Assembly (NCBI RefSeq): GCF_009914755.1
Contig: NC_060947.1
Strand: one strand, 5' to 3'
DNA length: 64,000 nucleotides
Source of the DNA: the human T2T-CHM13v2.0 reference genome, Homo sapiens
Shown: positions 44,960 to 64,000 of the stretch, piece after piece
How the letters are laid out: each line of letters opens with the position of its first letter
Numbering within the stretch: position 1 is the first letter of the stretch
The notes under the pieces: model-generated
What the model was told of the DNA's origin: nothing
What the model saw: the letters and a program-made list of their open reading frames with translations, nothing else
Database searches by the model: none
Made by a program: the position numbers and the translations under genes

Positions 44960-45390
44960 TGATCCATGTTTAAGTACTTGTCTCTTCCCCAAAAACTCAT
45001 GATTAAATTTAATCCCTAATATGGCAGTCTTGAAAGGTGCGATGTTTAAGATTATGTCATGAGGGCTCTGAATTCATGAATTAATTAATGAATTAATGAA
45101 TTAATCCATGTATGAATTTTTATATATATATATATGTATATGTGGTAATTGTAGCTTTATAAGAAGAGAAATAGAGAACTGAGCTAGCACAATCAGTCCC
45201 CTCATGATGTGATGCCCTGTGACACCTTGGGACTCTGCAGAGAGTCTCCACCAGCAACAAGGCCCTCACCAAATACAGCACCTCAACCTTGGATTTCTCA
45301 GTCTCCGTAACTATAATAAATAAATTCCTTTTCTTCATAAATTACCCAGTTTCAGGTATTCTGTTATAAACAAAATAAACAGACTGACCA
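44960..45390 (+). mobile_element. MaLR solo LTR (MST-like)
   Basis: ccagcaacaaggccctcacc...ataaattacccagtttcaggtattctgttata. Confidence 0.8.
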
Positions 45391-45599
45391 CCCATAAAAT
45401 TTTGTGTACTCCAAGCCAAAATAATCCTCCGTATCTTCATGTCTCTTTTGAGGAAAAATAAACACACAAAAAGTGCCTTCAAGTAATTGCAACAAATGTA
45501 TATAGAACAACATGTAATGCAAAGGAAAGCTTTTCTTTAAGATTATATTTTAACAAATGCAAAATAGGCTACATAAAATAACTTTTGAAATTACAGATA

Positions 45600-45782
45600 T
45601 GAAGCTATAATGGTTGAACCAGTTTTCAAGTAAGCTTGATTTGTCTGCTGATTTCTGTTGTATAAATGTCCCACTATGAGTGATTTAAAACTACTGATGA
45701 GAAGGTACTGAAGGGGGAGTTTGTAAGGTATACAAACAATGGGGTCTCTTGCATCTTTAAGAGCCAGTTTAGCACACCACTG
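45600..45782. mobile_element. MER63-like hAT DNA transposon relic
   Basis: Terminal gagccagtttagcacaccactg. Confidence 0.5.
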
Positions 45783-46778
45783 ATAGGTTGTCATCTTATA
45801 TTATTTTCTTTTGAGATATTGTATTTACATTATAGAAGAGAAACTCACAAAAGAGCACTAATTTAAAGAAAATAATAATTTGGTAATACTGCAAGTGAAA
45901 ATTACAATAAGAGGCATTTTCAGGATAGATTGATAAGGTACTCCCTGGTATCTTATCCCTTGAATAACTTTATCAGCTCTTCTCAGCCTACAAATTATGT
46001 TACCCTACCATTATTTGACATGTGAGGACCAACTGATTTGCTATGGAAGTTTTATAAATCAATATCCCCAAAGACCTAGATTTCCAGGCACATTTTACCA
46101 GTCTTTTCTTAATGATTGACTTAATTGATTTTTTATTTTAGGTTCAGATAACTGAACCTGAAATACAGAAATAGTAAAATAATGTTAAATTGGACTCGCA
46201 TTCACTTTATATAAGGCAACATAGAGTTTATGAGTTTATGAACTTATTTCCACATTATTTCACTTTCTCCTCCTGCACATTCAATTCCTGCCACATCTAA
46301 TTTCTCTTAGGCTTAAGTGCTTCCTTGTTAATATATTCTCACACTTCTGCTGCCTTCTTTGCCTTCATGTGTCAAAATGTGCAATAAGAATTGAAAGTCC
46401 CATGAGTCTGAATCAGAGGCCAAAACCCTAATGTAGAGATCCAGCAGCCATTAGGATACTGGAATTTTCCAAGGTAGCTCTCAAGTCAAACATGATTTAG
46501 AAACTGAATTCTTTACTGATTTAGTGGCCTGGCTTTCTATAAGAGCAACATGAAAGGAGCAACTAAAATATAAACAAAGAAGAGTCTTGGTATGCACTGA
46601 CCACTATGTATATGTTAATTAAAATGATGTGAATTACAGCGGAATAGTTCATAAAGGCTTGTTAAAATAATTTCAGTATCTAATAGAGAAAAAGTACTAG
46701 GCATAATGGAGGGTGCAAGGACAGAATGATTTGCAAAAACGTAAAAAAAAAAAAAAGAAATCTCTCTTTTCTCCATAC

Positions 46779-47084
46779 TTGCCAGAATCCTAAATCTCTG
46801 AGTGCAGGTATATAAATCCTTGGGTTGATTTAAAATTCTTATGTCTAACTTGGAGTGAGTTGCACAATATTTGGTGGTTTTTCAGGAAATGGTAAATAAT
46901 TTTAGAATATGATCCTGCCATGGATAGTCCTTGGCAAAACAGGGAAGTAGAATGTTCATCTTCAGTAGCTCCTCTCTTTTCCAGACATTTATCTTTAATA
47001 TTTTGGGCTTGCATGCTGTCCTATCATATATCACAGTCCCCCAGTGATGCTTCTCCTCCTTCCATTGAGGGTTGCTGTTCAGAC
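46779..47084 (-). pseudogene. Candidate exon, 306 nt, phase 2-2: SEQQPSMEGG...MQAQNIKDKCLEKR...YLHSEI*DSG
   Basis: Acceptor ttctgtgatgacag, donor AA|gtatgg, contains track ORF 46790-47014, three stops in this frame. Confidence 0.45.
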
Positions 47085-47269
47085 CTGTCATCACAGAATT
47101 TTGATGTATTGAAGTGATCTTGCCCTACTCAGGAGAGTCCAACATCCATTCCTCATAAAATATGTCGGTCCTGTTATCTGTCTCTCTTAAAGTGTTGTTG
47201 TCTGGAATCAGCCAATTCTGTAAACACGGAGAAAAAATTTATGAAGGGGCAACTGATATTAAACTAATC

Positions 47270-50290
<3,021 letters not shown>

Positions 50291-50565
50291 TGATAGAAAC
50301 TATGTCTAAGTCTATGGAATGGACTTTGGCTCTGAAAGTGAAGGGTGAAAAACCTAAGGACTGTTGTACTGTTCAAGTAATATAGGGCCATCACAATTGA
50401 AGAATTTGTTCACCAAGGGAACATCCAATCTTATATGTGTATATAATAGGTACTTGTTTATGTGATGTGATGAGAAGTTCCTATCTATACCAGATAGTCT
50501 CCAAGTAACATCACGTTATCTTATGAAAAAAAAAAAGCCCCCAGTTAGAACGTTAACTCTTTGGG

Positions 50566-50622
50566 TATATTATTCCAGGTTCTCTAGAGGGAAAAAACTA
50601 ATAGGATATCTCTATTTCTATG

Positions 50623-50667
<45 letters not shown>

Positions 50668-51708
50668 GTTGTGGGAAGTCAAGGACCCCGAACAGAGAGA
50701 CTGACTGAACCTGTGGCAGAAGAACATAAATTGTGAAGATTTCATGGACATTTATCAGTTCCCCAATCAATACTCTTATAATTTCTTATGACTGTCTTTA
50801 CTTTAATTTCTTAATCTCGTCATCTTCTTAAGCTGAGGATGTATGTCACCTCAGGACCATACAATGATTGTGTTAACTGTACAAATTGTTTGTAAAACAT
50901 GTGTGTTTGAAAGATCTGAAATCAGTGCACCCTGAAAAAGAACAGAATAACAGCGATTTTCAGGGAACGAGGAAAGATAACCATAAGGTCTGACTGCCTG
51001 TGGGGTCAGGCAGAATAGAGGCATATTTTTCTTCTTGCAGAAAGCAAGTAGGAGAAATATCACTGAATTCTTTTCCCAGCAAGGAATAACCCTGGGGAAG
51101 AAATGCATTCCTGGGGGCAGGTCTATGAATGGCCGCTCTGGGAGTGTCTGTCTTATGTGGTTGAGATAAGGGATGAAATATGCCCTGGTCTCCTGCAGTG
51201 CCCTCAGGCTTACTAGGCTTGGGAAATTCCAGCCTGGTAAATTCTAGTCAGATCGGTTGTCTGCTCTCAAACCCTGTTTCCTGTTAAGATGTTTATCAAG
51301 ACAATGCATGCCCAGCGGGACATGGACCCTCATCAGTAATTCTAATTTCACCCTTGCCTTGTGATCTTGCTCTGCCCTCAGCCTTGTGATCTTTTATTGC
51401 CCTTTGAAGCATGTGATCCTTATGACCTACTCCCTGTTCGTACATCCCCTCCCCTTCTAAAATCCCTAATAAAAACTTGCTGGTTTTGCGGCTCAGGTGG
51501 ACATCACGGAACCTGCCAATACATGATGTCACCCCCAGAGTCCCAACTGTAAAATTTCTCTCTTTGTACTCTTTCTCTTTATTTCTCAGACTGGCTGACA
51601 CTTAGGGAAAATAGAAAAGAACCTACGTTGAAATATTGGGGGCTGGTTCCCCTGATATCTATCTATCGATCTATCTATCTACCTATCTATCTATCTATCA
51701 TCTATCTG

Positions 51709-51740
<32 letters not shown>

Positions 51741-52165
51741 GATATAAAGGAGAATTTATTAAGGAGTATTAAACTCACACAATCACAAGGTCCCACAATA
51801 GGCCCTCTGAAAGCTGAGGAGCAAGAAAGTCAAGCTGAGGAGCAAGAAAGTCAATCTGAGTCATAAAGGTGAATAACTTGAAGTCTGATGTTCAAGGGCA
51901 GGAAGCATCCAGCATGGGAGGAAAATATAGGCTGGGAGGCTAAGCCAGTCTAGCCTTTTCCCTTTTTTTTCTCTGCCTGCTTTATATCCTGGCCACACTG
52001 GCAGCTGATTAGATGGTGCCCACCCAAATTAAGTGTGGGTCTGCTTTTTCCAACCCACTAACTTAAATGTTAATCTCCTCTGGCAACACCCTCACATACA
52101 CACCCAGCATCAATACTTTGCATCCTTCAATCCAATCAAGTTGACACTCAGTATTAACCATCACA
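50566..52165 (+). mobile_element. MLT2A-like ERVL solo LTR with (TCTA)n tract, interrupted by MER11
   Basis: ggttctctagagg...ctaatagga; ends ccaatcaagttgacactcagtattaaccatcaca. Confidence 0.85.
50667..51657 (+). mobile_element. MER11 (HERV-K11/HML-8) solo LTR
   Basis: Starts tgttgtgggaagtcaaggaccccgaac, ends ggctggttcccctgata; flanked by tctatc on both sides (6-bp TSD). Confidence 0.88.
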
Positions 52166-53974
52166 TTGGGTTAAGATTCATCTCCAGAAAACCCTTAGTA
52201 AATTCAAATATATTCTGGTCATTGACTTGGTCTCTCTATGTCTCCTGCCTTTTACTTTTATAGTTTGTTTCTGAGTCTTTGTTTTATCTTGATATTTAAG
52301 ATGTACATGTTTCATACATCTCCTGATTACCTGTATGCTTCGTGATTCAACGACCTAACAGAAATCAGTAATTTTTTCATATTTTTCCGCCTTTGTTGTC
52401 CTGGCTTCTAACTATTTCTCCAAATGTTTCTGCTGCCACCCTTAGTTCTAGTGCTGACAAACTAGGACTGTGGCACATAATGAGCATGGTCAGGCTTTAT
52501 AAATAGATAAATGAATGACTATCTTCTTTAATGGAAAACTTGTACATCTGAATTGAAGAGATTTAAGACCAAACTTCTAGCTTTACCCTCCTTTCACATA
52601 AAAGCACCCAGAGAGCCTAATGATTTCAGATTACTTTGAGACAGAGAAAACATCATTTACATTATTCCCAAAGATATCTGGTCACAATACTCCAGCTGAT
52701 ACTGAGGTCAGGCTAGAATTCGGTTAGTTATCAAGCCTAAACACTTCAGCTGTGTTCTTGGCTTTATCTTCATGAGATCTTTCTTCCTGAGGGGTGGATG
52801 GCCTGAGTTTTGACATTAACAAAGCCTTATTATGATTGAATTTGCCCCAAAGATTAATATTTTAGCATTTTCCTTCATGGTAAAGAAAGCAATATTTGTG
52901 GAGCCCCAGCCATATGCCACTAATAGTGTCAATGTTATCTTTTTAAACCCTTTTTAATAGTCTTCCAAGAAGAGCTCTGTGTTATTTTCATATTTTAAAA
53001 AAATTAAATAAAAGCACATATTGAAATAGTACAAATCTTAAATACTTAGTTTAATAAATGCTTACATGTGTAGCAACAACCCAACTTAAGTCATAGAACA
53101 ATTCTGTCTCCCGAAAGCCTTCCTTGTGTCCACTCTGTCAGTATATCCCAAGGAGGTAATCACACTTTATGTCCTGTAAATGAATCATATAGTATGTATT
53201 CTTTTGGATATGGCTATATTTGCTAATAATTATGTCTGTGAGCTTCAACCATGTTTTTAAATGTATAAGCATTTTGCTATTTTTATTATTCTGTACTATT
53301 TGATTAATATTAATATATCATTTATTTTTCTATTTTTTTGTAATGTGCATTTGGATTATTTTTAATTTGGGGATGATTCTGAACGATGATTCTGTGGAGA
53401 TTCTCATATAAGTATTTGGTGGGCACAAATACTCCTTTCCTTTGATTATATACCTAGGAGTAAAACTTGTGGGTAAAAAGCGAATATACAGCTTTGTTAG
53501 ATACTACAAAAGAGATTTCAAAGGTGGTTTTACCATTTTATATATTTTTTTAAATGTTCTTTCAAGTCTTTTGTATACCTCAAAATTGGAAGTGTATCTT
53601 TTGCCTTTTTTATTTAGACTATTTTATTAAGCTATGCTTGACATATAAAAAGCTGTACATATTTAATGTATACACCTCAGTGAGTTTGTGTACAACTGTG
53701 AAACCATCACCACTATCAAAGCCATAAACGTATCCATCACCTCTCAGAATTTCCTGCCATCCCCTTTTATTGTTATTATTGGGGATTTTTTCATGTAGAA
53801 ACACTTGACATAAAATATATCCACTTAGCAAATTTTAGGCATACAATACAGCATTATTACTTATAAGCACTGTGCTAGGAAGTGGATCTTCAGAACTTAT
53901 TTTCTTGCATAGCTATATCTTTGTACCTTTGACCCATCATGTCCAAATTTCTCCCTCCTAGACCCTGGACGCTC

Positions 53975-54733
<759 letters not shown>

Positions 54734-54970
54734 GTGGAAACAATTATTCTACTCACTAATTTTATGAGTTCGACTATTTTAGAAATCACATGTTAAGATC
54801 ATATAATATTTATATTTCTATATATGGTTTATTTCATGTAACATAATGTTCCCCAGATTCATCCATTTTGTTACAAATATCAGGGTTTTCTTTTTTTACA
54901 GGCTTAGTAATATTTCATTATATTTCTGTACCACAATTTATTTATTTATTTATTCATTGAAAGACATTTT

Positions 54971-55392
<422 letters not shown>

Positions 55393-58386
55393 TCATATGG
55401 TAGTTCTATTTGTAATTTATTAAGGGATTTTCATTGTGTTTTCCACAATAGCTGTACCAGTAACATTTCCACCAATAGTGTACAAAGGTTCACTTTCTCT
55501 ACATCTTTGTCAACAGATTTTTTCATATCATTTAGAAAATAATAACCATAATAACAGGTGTGATGTAATACCTCATTGTGATTTTGATTTACATTTTCCT
55601 AATGATTGGGGATGTTGAGCACATTTTCATATTTGCATTGGGCATTTGTATGTCTTCTTTGAAAAAATGTCTGTTTGAGTTCTTTGGCTGATTTTTAATT
55701 GGATTGTGAGTTTTTTGGTTGTTCAGTTGTATGAATTTGCATTTTTTTCTATTCTATAGGTTACCTTTTCAGTTTGTTGACTTGATTTTACTGTGCAGAA
55801 GCTTTTTAGTTTTGACTTGTTTATTGTTGGTTTTGTTGCTTGTGTTTCAGGAGTCATATCCAAAAAAAATTTGTTGCAAAGACTAATGTCAAGAAGCTTT
55901 ATTCCTACATATTCTTTTAAGAGTTCTACAGTTTTAGGCTTTACATTTCAGTCTGATTTATTTTGAGTTAATTTTTATGTATGAAGTAAGAGTCTAATTT
56001 ATTCTTCTGAATATGGATAGTTTTCCCAGTACCATTTATTGCAGAGAACTTTCTCCATTGCATTTTCTTGGCTCTCTTGATAAAAATTAGTTGATTGTAT
56101 ATTAATAGGTCTGTTTCTGGGCTCTCTATTTTTTCCTTTGGTTTAGATGTTTGGTTTTTATGCAAGGACTCTACTGTTTTGATTACCATAGCTTTGTAAT
56201 ATAATTTAAAATAAAAAAGTGTGATGCCTTCAGCTTTGTTCTTTTCACTCAAGATTACTTTGGCTAGTTAGAGTTTTTTATGGTTCTATTTATATGAAAA
56301 ATGTTATTGGAATTTTTATAGGGATTGCATTGAATCTGTTGAATGATTTGGGTAATATAGGCATTTTAACAATAGTAATTCTTCCAATGCTTGAACACAG
56401 GATATCTTTCCATTTACTTGTATGTACTTTTTTCATCAATGTTTTACAGATTTTTGTGTACAAGTCTTGGATCTCCTTTGTTAAATTTATCTTAGTTTAT
56501 TATTTTGATGCTATTATCAACTGGATTGCTTTCTTAATTGTTTTTTTCAAAGTTCATTGTTAGGGTATATAACACAATGGATTTTTAGATGTTGATTTGC
56601 TGAATCCAAATGTAATGAATTTGTTTATTAGTTATAACAATTTTTGCAGGAGATTTTAGTGTTATTTTGTGTATAGAATTATGTCACCTAAAAACAGAGA
56701 AAATGTTGTTTCTCCCTTTCTAATTTTAATGACTTTTATTTATTTTCTTGCCTAATTGCTCTGGCTAGGGCTTCCTCTGAAAAGATCAATAATGAGTAAG
56801 GGGATTGGATCACTAACCAAAGACCTCCCAACAAAGAAAATCCTAGGAACAAATGGCTTCACTGGTGAATTCTACCAAATAGTTAAATAAAAATTTATGT
56901 AAATCCTTCTCAAACTCCTCCAAAACATTTAAGAGTATGGAACACTTTAAAACTCATTCTATGTGGCCAGTGTCACACCAGAAAAGGACACTATGATGAA
57001 AGAAAACTAGAGGCTACTATCCCTGATAAATATGGATGCCAAATTCTCAACAAGTACTAGCAAACTGAATTCACTGGCTCATTAAAAGAATAACATGCTA
57101 TGATCAAGTGAGATTTATTCCTGGAATTCAGAATAAATGTGATATACAAGAATGAAGTATAAACATCATATGATCAACTTAATAAAGAAAATGTCTTTGA
57201 GAAAATTCAGAATTTTTAATAAATATTCTCAACTAATTAAGTAATAAAAGAAATGTACCTCAACATAATAATGAGCCCATATGCCAAGCCCACAGATAAC
57301 AACATGCTCAACAGTGAAAGCTAAACATTTTTCCTCTAAAATCAGCAACAAGACAAGGATATACATTCGTGCCACTTCTATTCTCTTTTTCTTATTAATT
57401 TGTAGGAGATTTTAAATTTATATATATTCAGAATTTTAGTTCATCATCAGATATCTATATCTATATCAATGCTATGCATCAAATAACTATTTCAAGTCTG
57501 TGGCTTGTCTTTTTACTCTCTTAAAATTTTTTTAAAGGAATAGATATTTGTAATTTTAAGAAAGTGAAAATATAAATATTTACTGGTAATTGAATTTTCT
57601 GTGATATTTTCTTATGTTTTTTCCAACAAGCTTTATAATTTTTTTCTTTCATATTTAGATCTATGATCCATTTCAAATTAGTTTTTGCGTGTGGTGTGAG
57701 TAAAATTAAAATTGACAGTTTTCCATGGAGATAGACAATTGATTTAGTATCATTTATTAAAAAAAAATTATATTTTCCCAAGAGTAGTGGCATATTTGTT
57801 GTTTATCAGATTGTTATATAAATGGTGGCTTATATATGGATTTTAGGATTTTTTCCTATAATATGTCTTCATGTTAATGCCATGCTGTCTTAATTACTGT
57901 AGCTGTGTAATAAGTCTTGATATTTTATAGTATAAGTCTTTCCACTTTGATCTTTTACCTCGATCACATCCTGGAATTGTTCCTCTGTTTTAAGATAAAT
58001 TTTACAATCACCTATAAGCTATCATGAAAACACCTACTGAGACTGTAATTGAGATTGCATTAGATCTCTAGGACATTTGAGGAGAATCAGTGTCTTAAAC
58101 ATAATGAGTTATTTACTCTCTGTACATTATATATCTATTTATTCAGATTCTTCATTTATCTATTTATTTAGTTTTTTCTTTTTAAAATAGCTTTATTGAA
58201 AAATGATTGAATACAAAAAAACTATGCTCATTTATTGTGTATAATTTGATGAATTTGGACATATGCAAACACCCATGATACTATCTCCACAATCGAAGTA
58301 ATAGACATATCCAACACCTCCCAAAGTTTTCTCGTGTCTCTTTTCTGTTTGTTTGTTTGTTTGTTTGTGATAAGAACATGTGATCT

Positions 58387-58692
58387 GGCCAGGTGCAGTG
58401 GCTCATGCCTGTAATCCCAGCACTTTGGGAGGCCAAGGAGGGCAGATTACTTGAGGTCAGGAGTTCGAGACCAGCCGGGCCAACAAGGTGAAACTCAGCC
58501 TTTACTAAAAATACAACAAGTAAGCCGGGTATGGTGGCACGCATCTGTAATCCCAGCTACTCATGAGGCTGAGGTGGGAGAATCATTGGAACCCAGGAGA
58601 CGGAGGTTGCAGTAAGCCGAGATCACACCACTGCACTCCAGTCTGGGCAACAGAGCAAGACTGCATCTCAAAAAAAGAAAAAAAAAAAAAAA
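58387..58692 (+). mobile_element. Alu (AluS-like)
   Basis: 15-bp TSD aagaacatgtgatct. Confidence 0.95.
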
Positions 58693-59214
58693 AAGAACAT
58701 GTGATCTACCCTTCTAAAAAAATTTGAAGTACACAATACTGTGTTGTAATTGTAGGCACTGTGTTCTACAGTAGATCTTTAGAAGTACTTTATTTTGTGT
58801 AACTGAAATGGCTTCTGTGAGTTTAACTATTATAGCTATCTTATATAAGTGGAAGCATGCAGTAATTGTCTTTCTGTGACTGGCTTATGTTACTTAGCAT
58901 AATGTCCTCTAGGTTCATCCATGTTGTTGCAAACAGTGATTACTTCTTTTGAAAGGCTGAATAATATTTTCACTTACATATATCTAACATGTTGTACTTG
59001 TTCATATGTCTATGGCCACTTGACTCAGTATAGAAATCTTAAAAATATCTTTTAAATTTATTCTTAAGTATTTTTGATGCAATGGTAAATGATATTATTC
59101 TTTAAATTTTACTTCCTAATTGTTTTCTACTGACACATAGACATAAAATTTATTATTGTACATTGATATTGTATCCAGTTATCTGGCAAATTTATTTATT
59201 AATTTATTATTTAC

Positions 59215-59523
<309 letters not shown>

Positions 59524-59800
59524 TAAATTTATTAATTTAATAGTTTGTTATGAGTTATTTTGTTTGGTCATGTACAAAAACATGACATATGTGAACAAAG
59601 CCAGTTTTAATACTTCTAATCCTAATATATCTTTTTTTCTTGCTGTATTGCACTGGCACAATTATTTAGTAAAATATTAAATAGAAATGTTGATAGTGGG
59701 CATTGTTGTTCTCAAACTCAGTGTTCCAGATTGCATTATTTAATATGATACTTGTTCTAGGTTTTATGTAAATATACATCATCAAATTGTGGAAATGTAG

Positions 59801-60118
<318 letters not shown>

Positions 60119-61331
60119 TAGTTTTCTGAGACTTTTTATCTGGCATGACAATTAAATCGTATCATCTATTTTTATGTATCTATTAGATGCTTGTATTTTT
60201 ATGATTCATTATTGTATTTGGTTCATAAATGACTGTTTTTTAATGTAAAACCAACCTTGTGTTCATGGCATCAAGTTCACTTGGTCATATTTTGTCTTGT
60301 TATATATGATTGGATTTGATATGATAATTTTCTTTGGGATTACTGCATCTTTGGGTAGTAGAGATATTGCCCTGTTATTTTCACCTCTTGTGATACTTTT
60401 GCCAGTTTTTGGTGTCAAGGTTGTATTGGCCTCATAAAATTAAGGCAGGAAGTGTTCTGTTGTTATTCTGGTAGAGGTTTTGTAAGGTTTGTAGAGTTCA
60501 CCAGTGAAGCTACTTATATAGAGGGTTTTTTTTATTACTTTTTATCAGTTGTTTTATTTTTGCTGTGGGTTTTTTATATATAAATTCTTTAATAAATAAA
60601 AGACTATTAACACTTTCTAGCGCTTCCTGTATGTGTGTTGGGAGGTTAGATCTCTTGAGGAATTACTTATTTCATCTAAATTTCTAAATTTATTTTCAGA
60701 AAGTTGTTCATAATATCTTATTATTATCTTTATAATCTCTTTAGGATGCTTAATAATATCTGATAATCTTTTAAATTTTTAGTGTTGGTGATTTGTGTTT
60801 TTTCTTCCTTTTTTGATTAGTTTTTTTAGAGTTTAATGAATTATATTAACTTTTTGAAAAAATATTTTGACATTGTTAATTTTCTGTGGTTTACATCTTC
60901 TTTTAATTTTACTGATTTCTCTCTTTTCTTAATTACTTACTTTCTTTTACTTTCTTTGTGTTCCATTTGTCTTCAATTTCTAATTTGCTGAAATGGAAGC
61001 TTAGGTTATATTAATGTTCAAAGGTTTGTTTTTTCTGCAGCATGCATTTACGCTCAACACATCTCTTTCAACACCAATTCAGTGCATCCAACAAGGTTTA
61101 GTATCTTTATTTTTATTTTGATAAAAAAAATGTAGCTTAAAATGTGACTTTCTTTTTCACAATATTTTGAATGTTTTTCTTCATTTTCAAATATTTGGGA
61201 AATTTCTTGTTATTGTGCTGTTATTAATGTTCCATTATTATTGCCACCATAGTTAGAAAAGATATTCAGTATAACTTAATGTTTTGAAATTTATCGAGAT
61301 ATGCTTCTGATTCAGAAAGTGTCCTATTTTA

Positions 61332-63850
61332 AACAACTTACCCAAATATCTGGGATGTAGTTAATGCAGTTTTAGGAGAAATGTTTATAGCACTAAATGC
61401 CTGCATTAGAAAGATTAGAAATACTTCAAATTAACAACCTAACTTTGTACCTAAAAGAACCAGAAAAAAAGAGCAAGTCAATGCAAAAAACTAGCAGAAG
61501 AAAATAAGTATCTAAAATTAGAGAAGAACTGAATAAAATTTAGATGCAAAATCCATTTAAAAATCAATAAAATCAGGAGTTGGTTTTTCAAAAGCATAGA
61601 CACAATTGATAGACCACTAGCTAGTTTAACAAGAAAAAAGATCCAAATAAGTACAATCAGAAATGACAAAGATGACATTACAATTGATCCCACAGAAATA
61701 CAAAAGACCCTTTAAAAGGTCTATAAAAGACCTTATTAACAGCTCAATATGCACAAATTAGAAAATCTAGAGGAAAAGGGTAAATTCCTGAAAACACATA
61801 ATCCCCCAAGATTGAATCAGAGACATTGAAACCCTGAATAGACCAATATAGAGTCATGAAATGAAACAGTAACAAAAACCCTTATAATTCAATAAAAACT
61901 CTGGACCAGATTGATTCACATCCAAATTCTACCAGACATATAAAGAAGAGCTAATAACAATGTTACTGAAACTATTCCAAAAATTGAAGAGGGAGACTCC
62001 TCTCTCACTCATTCTATAAAGCCAGCATGAGCCTGATACCAAAATCTGGCAGAGACACAACATAAAACAAACAAACAAACAAACAAATTCAGGCCAATAA
62101 CCCCAATAAACATAGATGCAAAAAATCCTCAAAACAATACTAGCAAACTATTCTCAGCAGCACATCAAAAAGTTAATTCACCGTGATCAAATAGGCTTTA
62201 TTTCTGGGATGCAAGCTTGGTTTGACTTATGCAAATCAATAAATATGATTCATCACGTAAACAGAATAAAAACAAAAACCATACAATCATATCCATAGAC
62301 ATAAAAAAAGCTTTCAATAAAATCTGACATCCCTTCATAATCATAATCCTGAACAGACTAAGCATTGAAGAAACATATCTCTAAATATGAAAATTCATTC
62401 ATGGCAAACCCACAGCCAACATCGTACTGAATGGACAAAAGCTGGAAATGGTTCCCTTGAGAACTGGAAGAACCCAAGGATGTCCAATTTCACCTCCTAT
62501 TCAACATAGTACTGGAATTCCTATACAGAGCAGTCACGCAAGATAAAAAAATAAAAGGCATCTAAATAAAAGAAGTCAAGCTATCTCTCTTTGCTGACAA
62601 TATTATTTCACTTAGAAAACCCTAAAGACTCTGTGAAATGGCTCCTAGAACTGATAAATTCACTGAAGTTTCAGGATACAAAGTCGATGTACAAAACTTA
62701 GTAGTATTCATACATCCCAAAAGCATCCTAGGTGAGAGTCAAATCAAAAACACAATCCCATTTTCAATAGCTACAAAGAAAATGAATTACCTAGGAATAC
62801 AGCTAAACAAGAAGGTGAAGGATTTCTACAAGGTAATCTACAAAACACTGCTGAAACAAATCAGAGATGACACAAATGAGAAAACATTCTGTGTTCATGG
62901 ATTGGAAGAATCAATATCATAAAAATAGCTATACTGTCCAAAGCAATTTACAGATTCAACAATAGCCTTATCAAACTATCAATGTCATTCTTAACAGAGC
63001 TAAACAAAAAATCTAATATTCATGTGGAAAAAAGAGCACAAATAGCCAAAGCAATCCTGAGCTTAAAAAACAAAGCTGGAGGTGTCACACTACCCAACTT
63101 CAAACTATACCATAAAGCTATAGTAACCAAAACAGCATTGTGCTACTACAAAAAACAGACACATAGACTAATAGAACAGAACAGAAATCTCAGAAATAAA
63201 GCTCCACACCTACAACTATCTGATCTTCAGCAAGGCTGACCAAAACAAGCAACAGGGAAAGGACTCCCTATTCTATAAATGGTACTGGGATAACTGACTA
63301 GCAAAGATTAAAACTGAACCCTTACTTTTCACCATATATAAAAATTAACTCAAGAAGGATTAAAGATTTAAATTTAATACCTAAAACTATAAAAATCCTG
63401 GAAGTAAACCTAGGAAGTACCCTTATTGACATCAGCCTTGACAAATAATTTTTGATCGAGTTCCCAAAAGCAATTTAAACAAAAACACAAATTGACAAGT
63501 GGGACATAATTAAACTAAAGAGCTTCTGCATAGCAAAAGAAACTATCAACAGAGTAAACAGACATCCTACACAATGAGAGAAAATATTCACAATCTATGC
63601 ATCTCACAATGGTCTAATATCCAGAATCTATAAAGAACTTAAATAAGCAAGCAAGATCAAATAACCCAATTAAAAATGGGCAAAGAACACGAACAGATAA
63701 TTCTCAAAAGAATACATACAAGTGGCCAACAAACAAAAAATGATCATCATCACTAATCATCAGAGAAATGCAAATTAAAACCACAATGAGATATGATTCT
63801 GACACCAGTCAGAACGGGTGTTATTAAAAAGTCATTAAAAAAACAGATGC
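61332..63850 (+). mobile_element. LINE-1 ORF2 segment (L1PB/L1MA-like), decayed
   Basis: ORF2 fragments [16 protein letters not shown] and [15 protein letters not shown]. Confidence 0.9.
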
Positions 63851-64000
63851 GGCCAGTTCTGGTGTCTCACGCCTGTAATCCCAGCACTTGGAGAGCCCGA
63901 GGCGGGTGGATCACCAGGTCAGGAGATCGAGACCATCCTGGCTAACACGGTGAAACCCCGTCTCTACCAAAAAATACAAAAAATTAGTCTGGTGTGGTGG
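63851..64000 (+). mobile_element. Alu (AluY/Sc-like), cut by window end
   Basis: tcaggagatcgagaccatcctggctaacacggtgaaacccc. Confidence 0.92.

Overview
AT-rich primate (ape/human-like) genomic DNA, mostly interspersed repeats: a full-length old L1PA13-16-type LINE-1, a younger L1PA4-like copy nested in an L1PA5-like copy, several L1PB/L1M fragments, 16 Alus, MaLR/ERVL/ERVK LTRs, hAT and Tigger DNA transposons, MIR and L2 relics. Nearly all ORFs in the track come from L1 or Alu, and no intact host gene is visible. The main result lies in the unique DNA between repeats: a minus-strand series of exon-shaped segments (AG...GT, ~6.0-47.1 kb) that join in compatible phases but carry stops or a frameshift. 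This looks like a decayed multi-exon protein-coding gene whose family I could not identify; reading frames of the downstream exons are ambiguous. Also seen: an L1 3' transduction, a TSD-flanked orphan retroposed fragment, two L1 copies sharing nonsense mutations (possible gene conversion), two twin-primed L1 inversions and small templated insertions. Repeat subfamily names are from memory of consensus sequences, not from a search.
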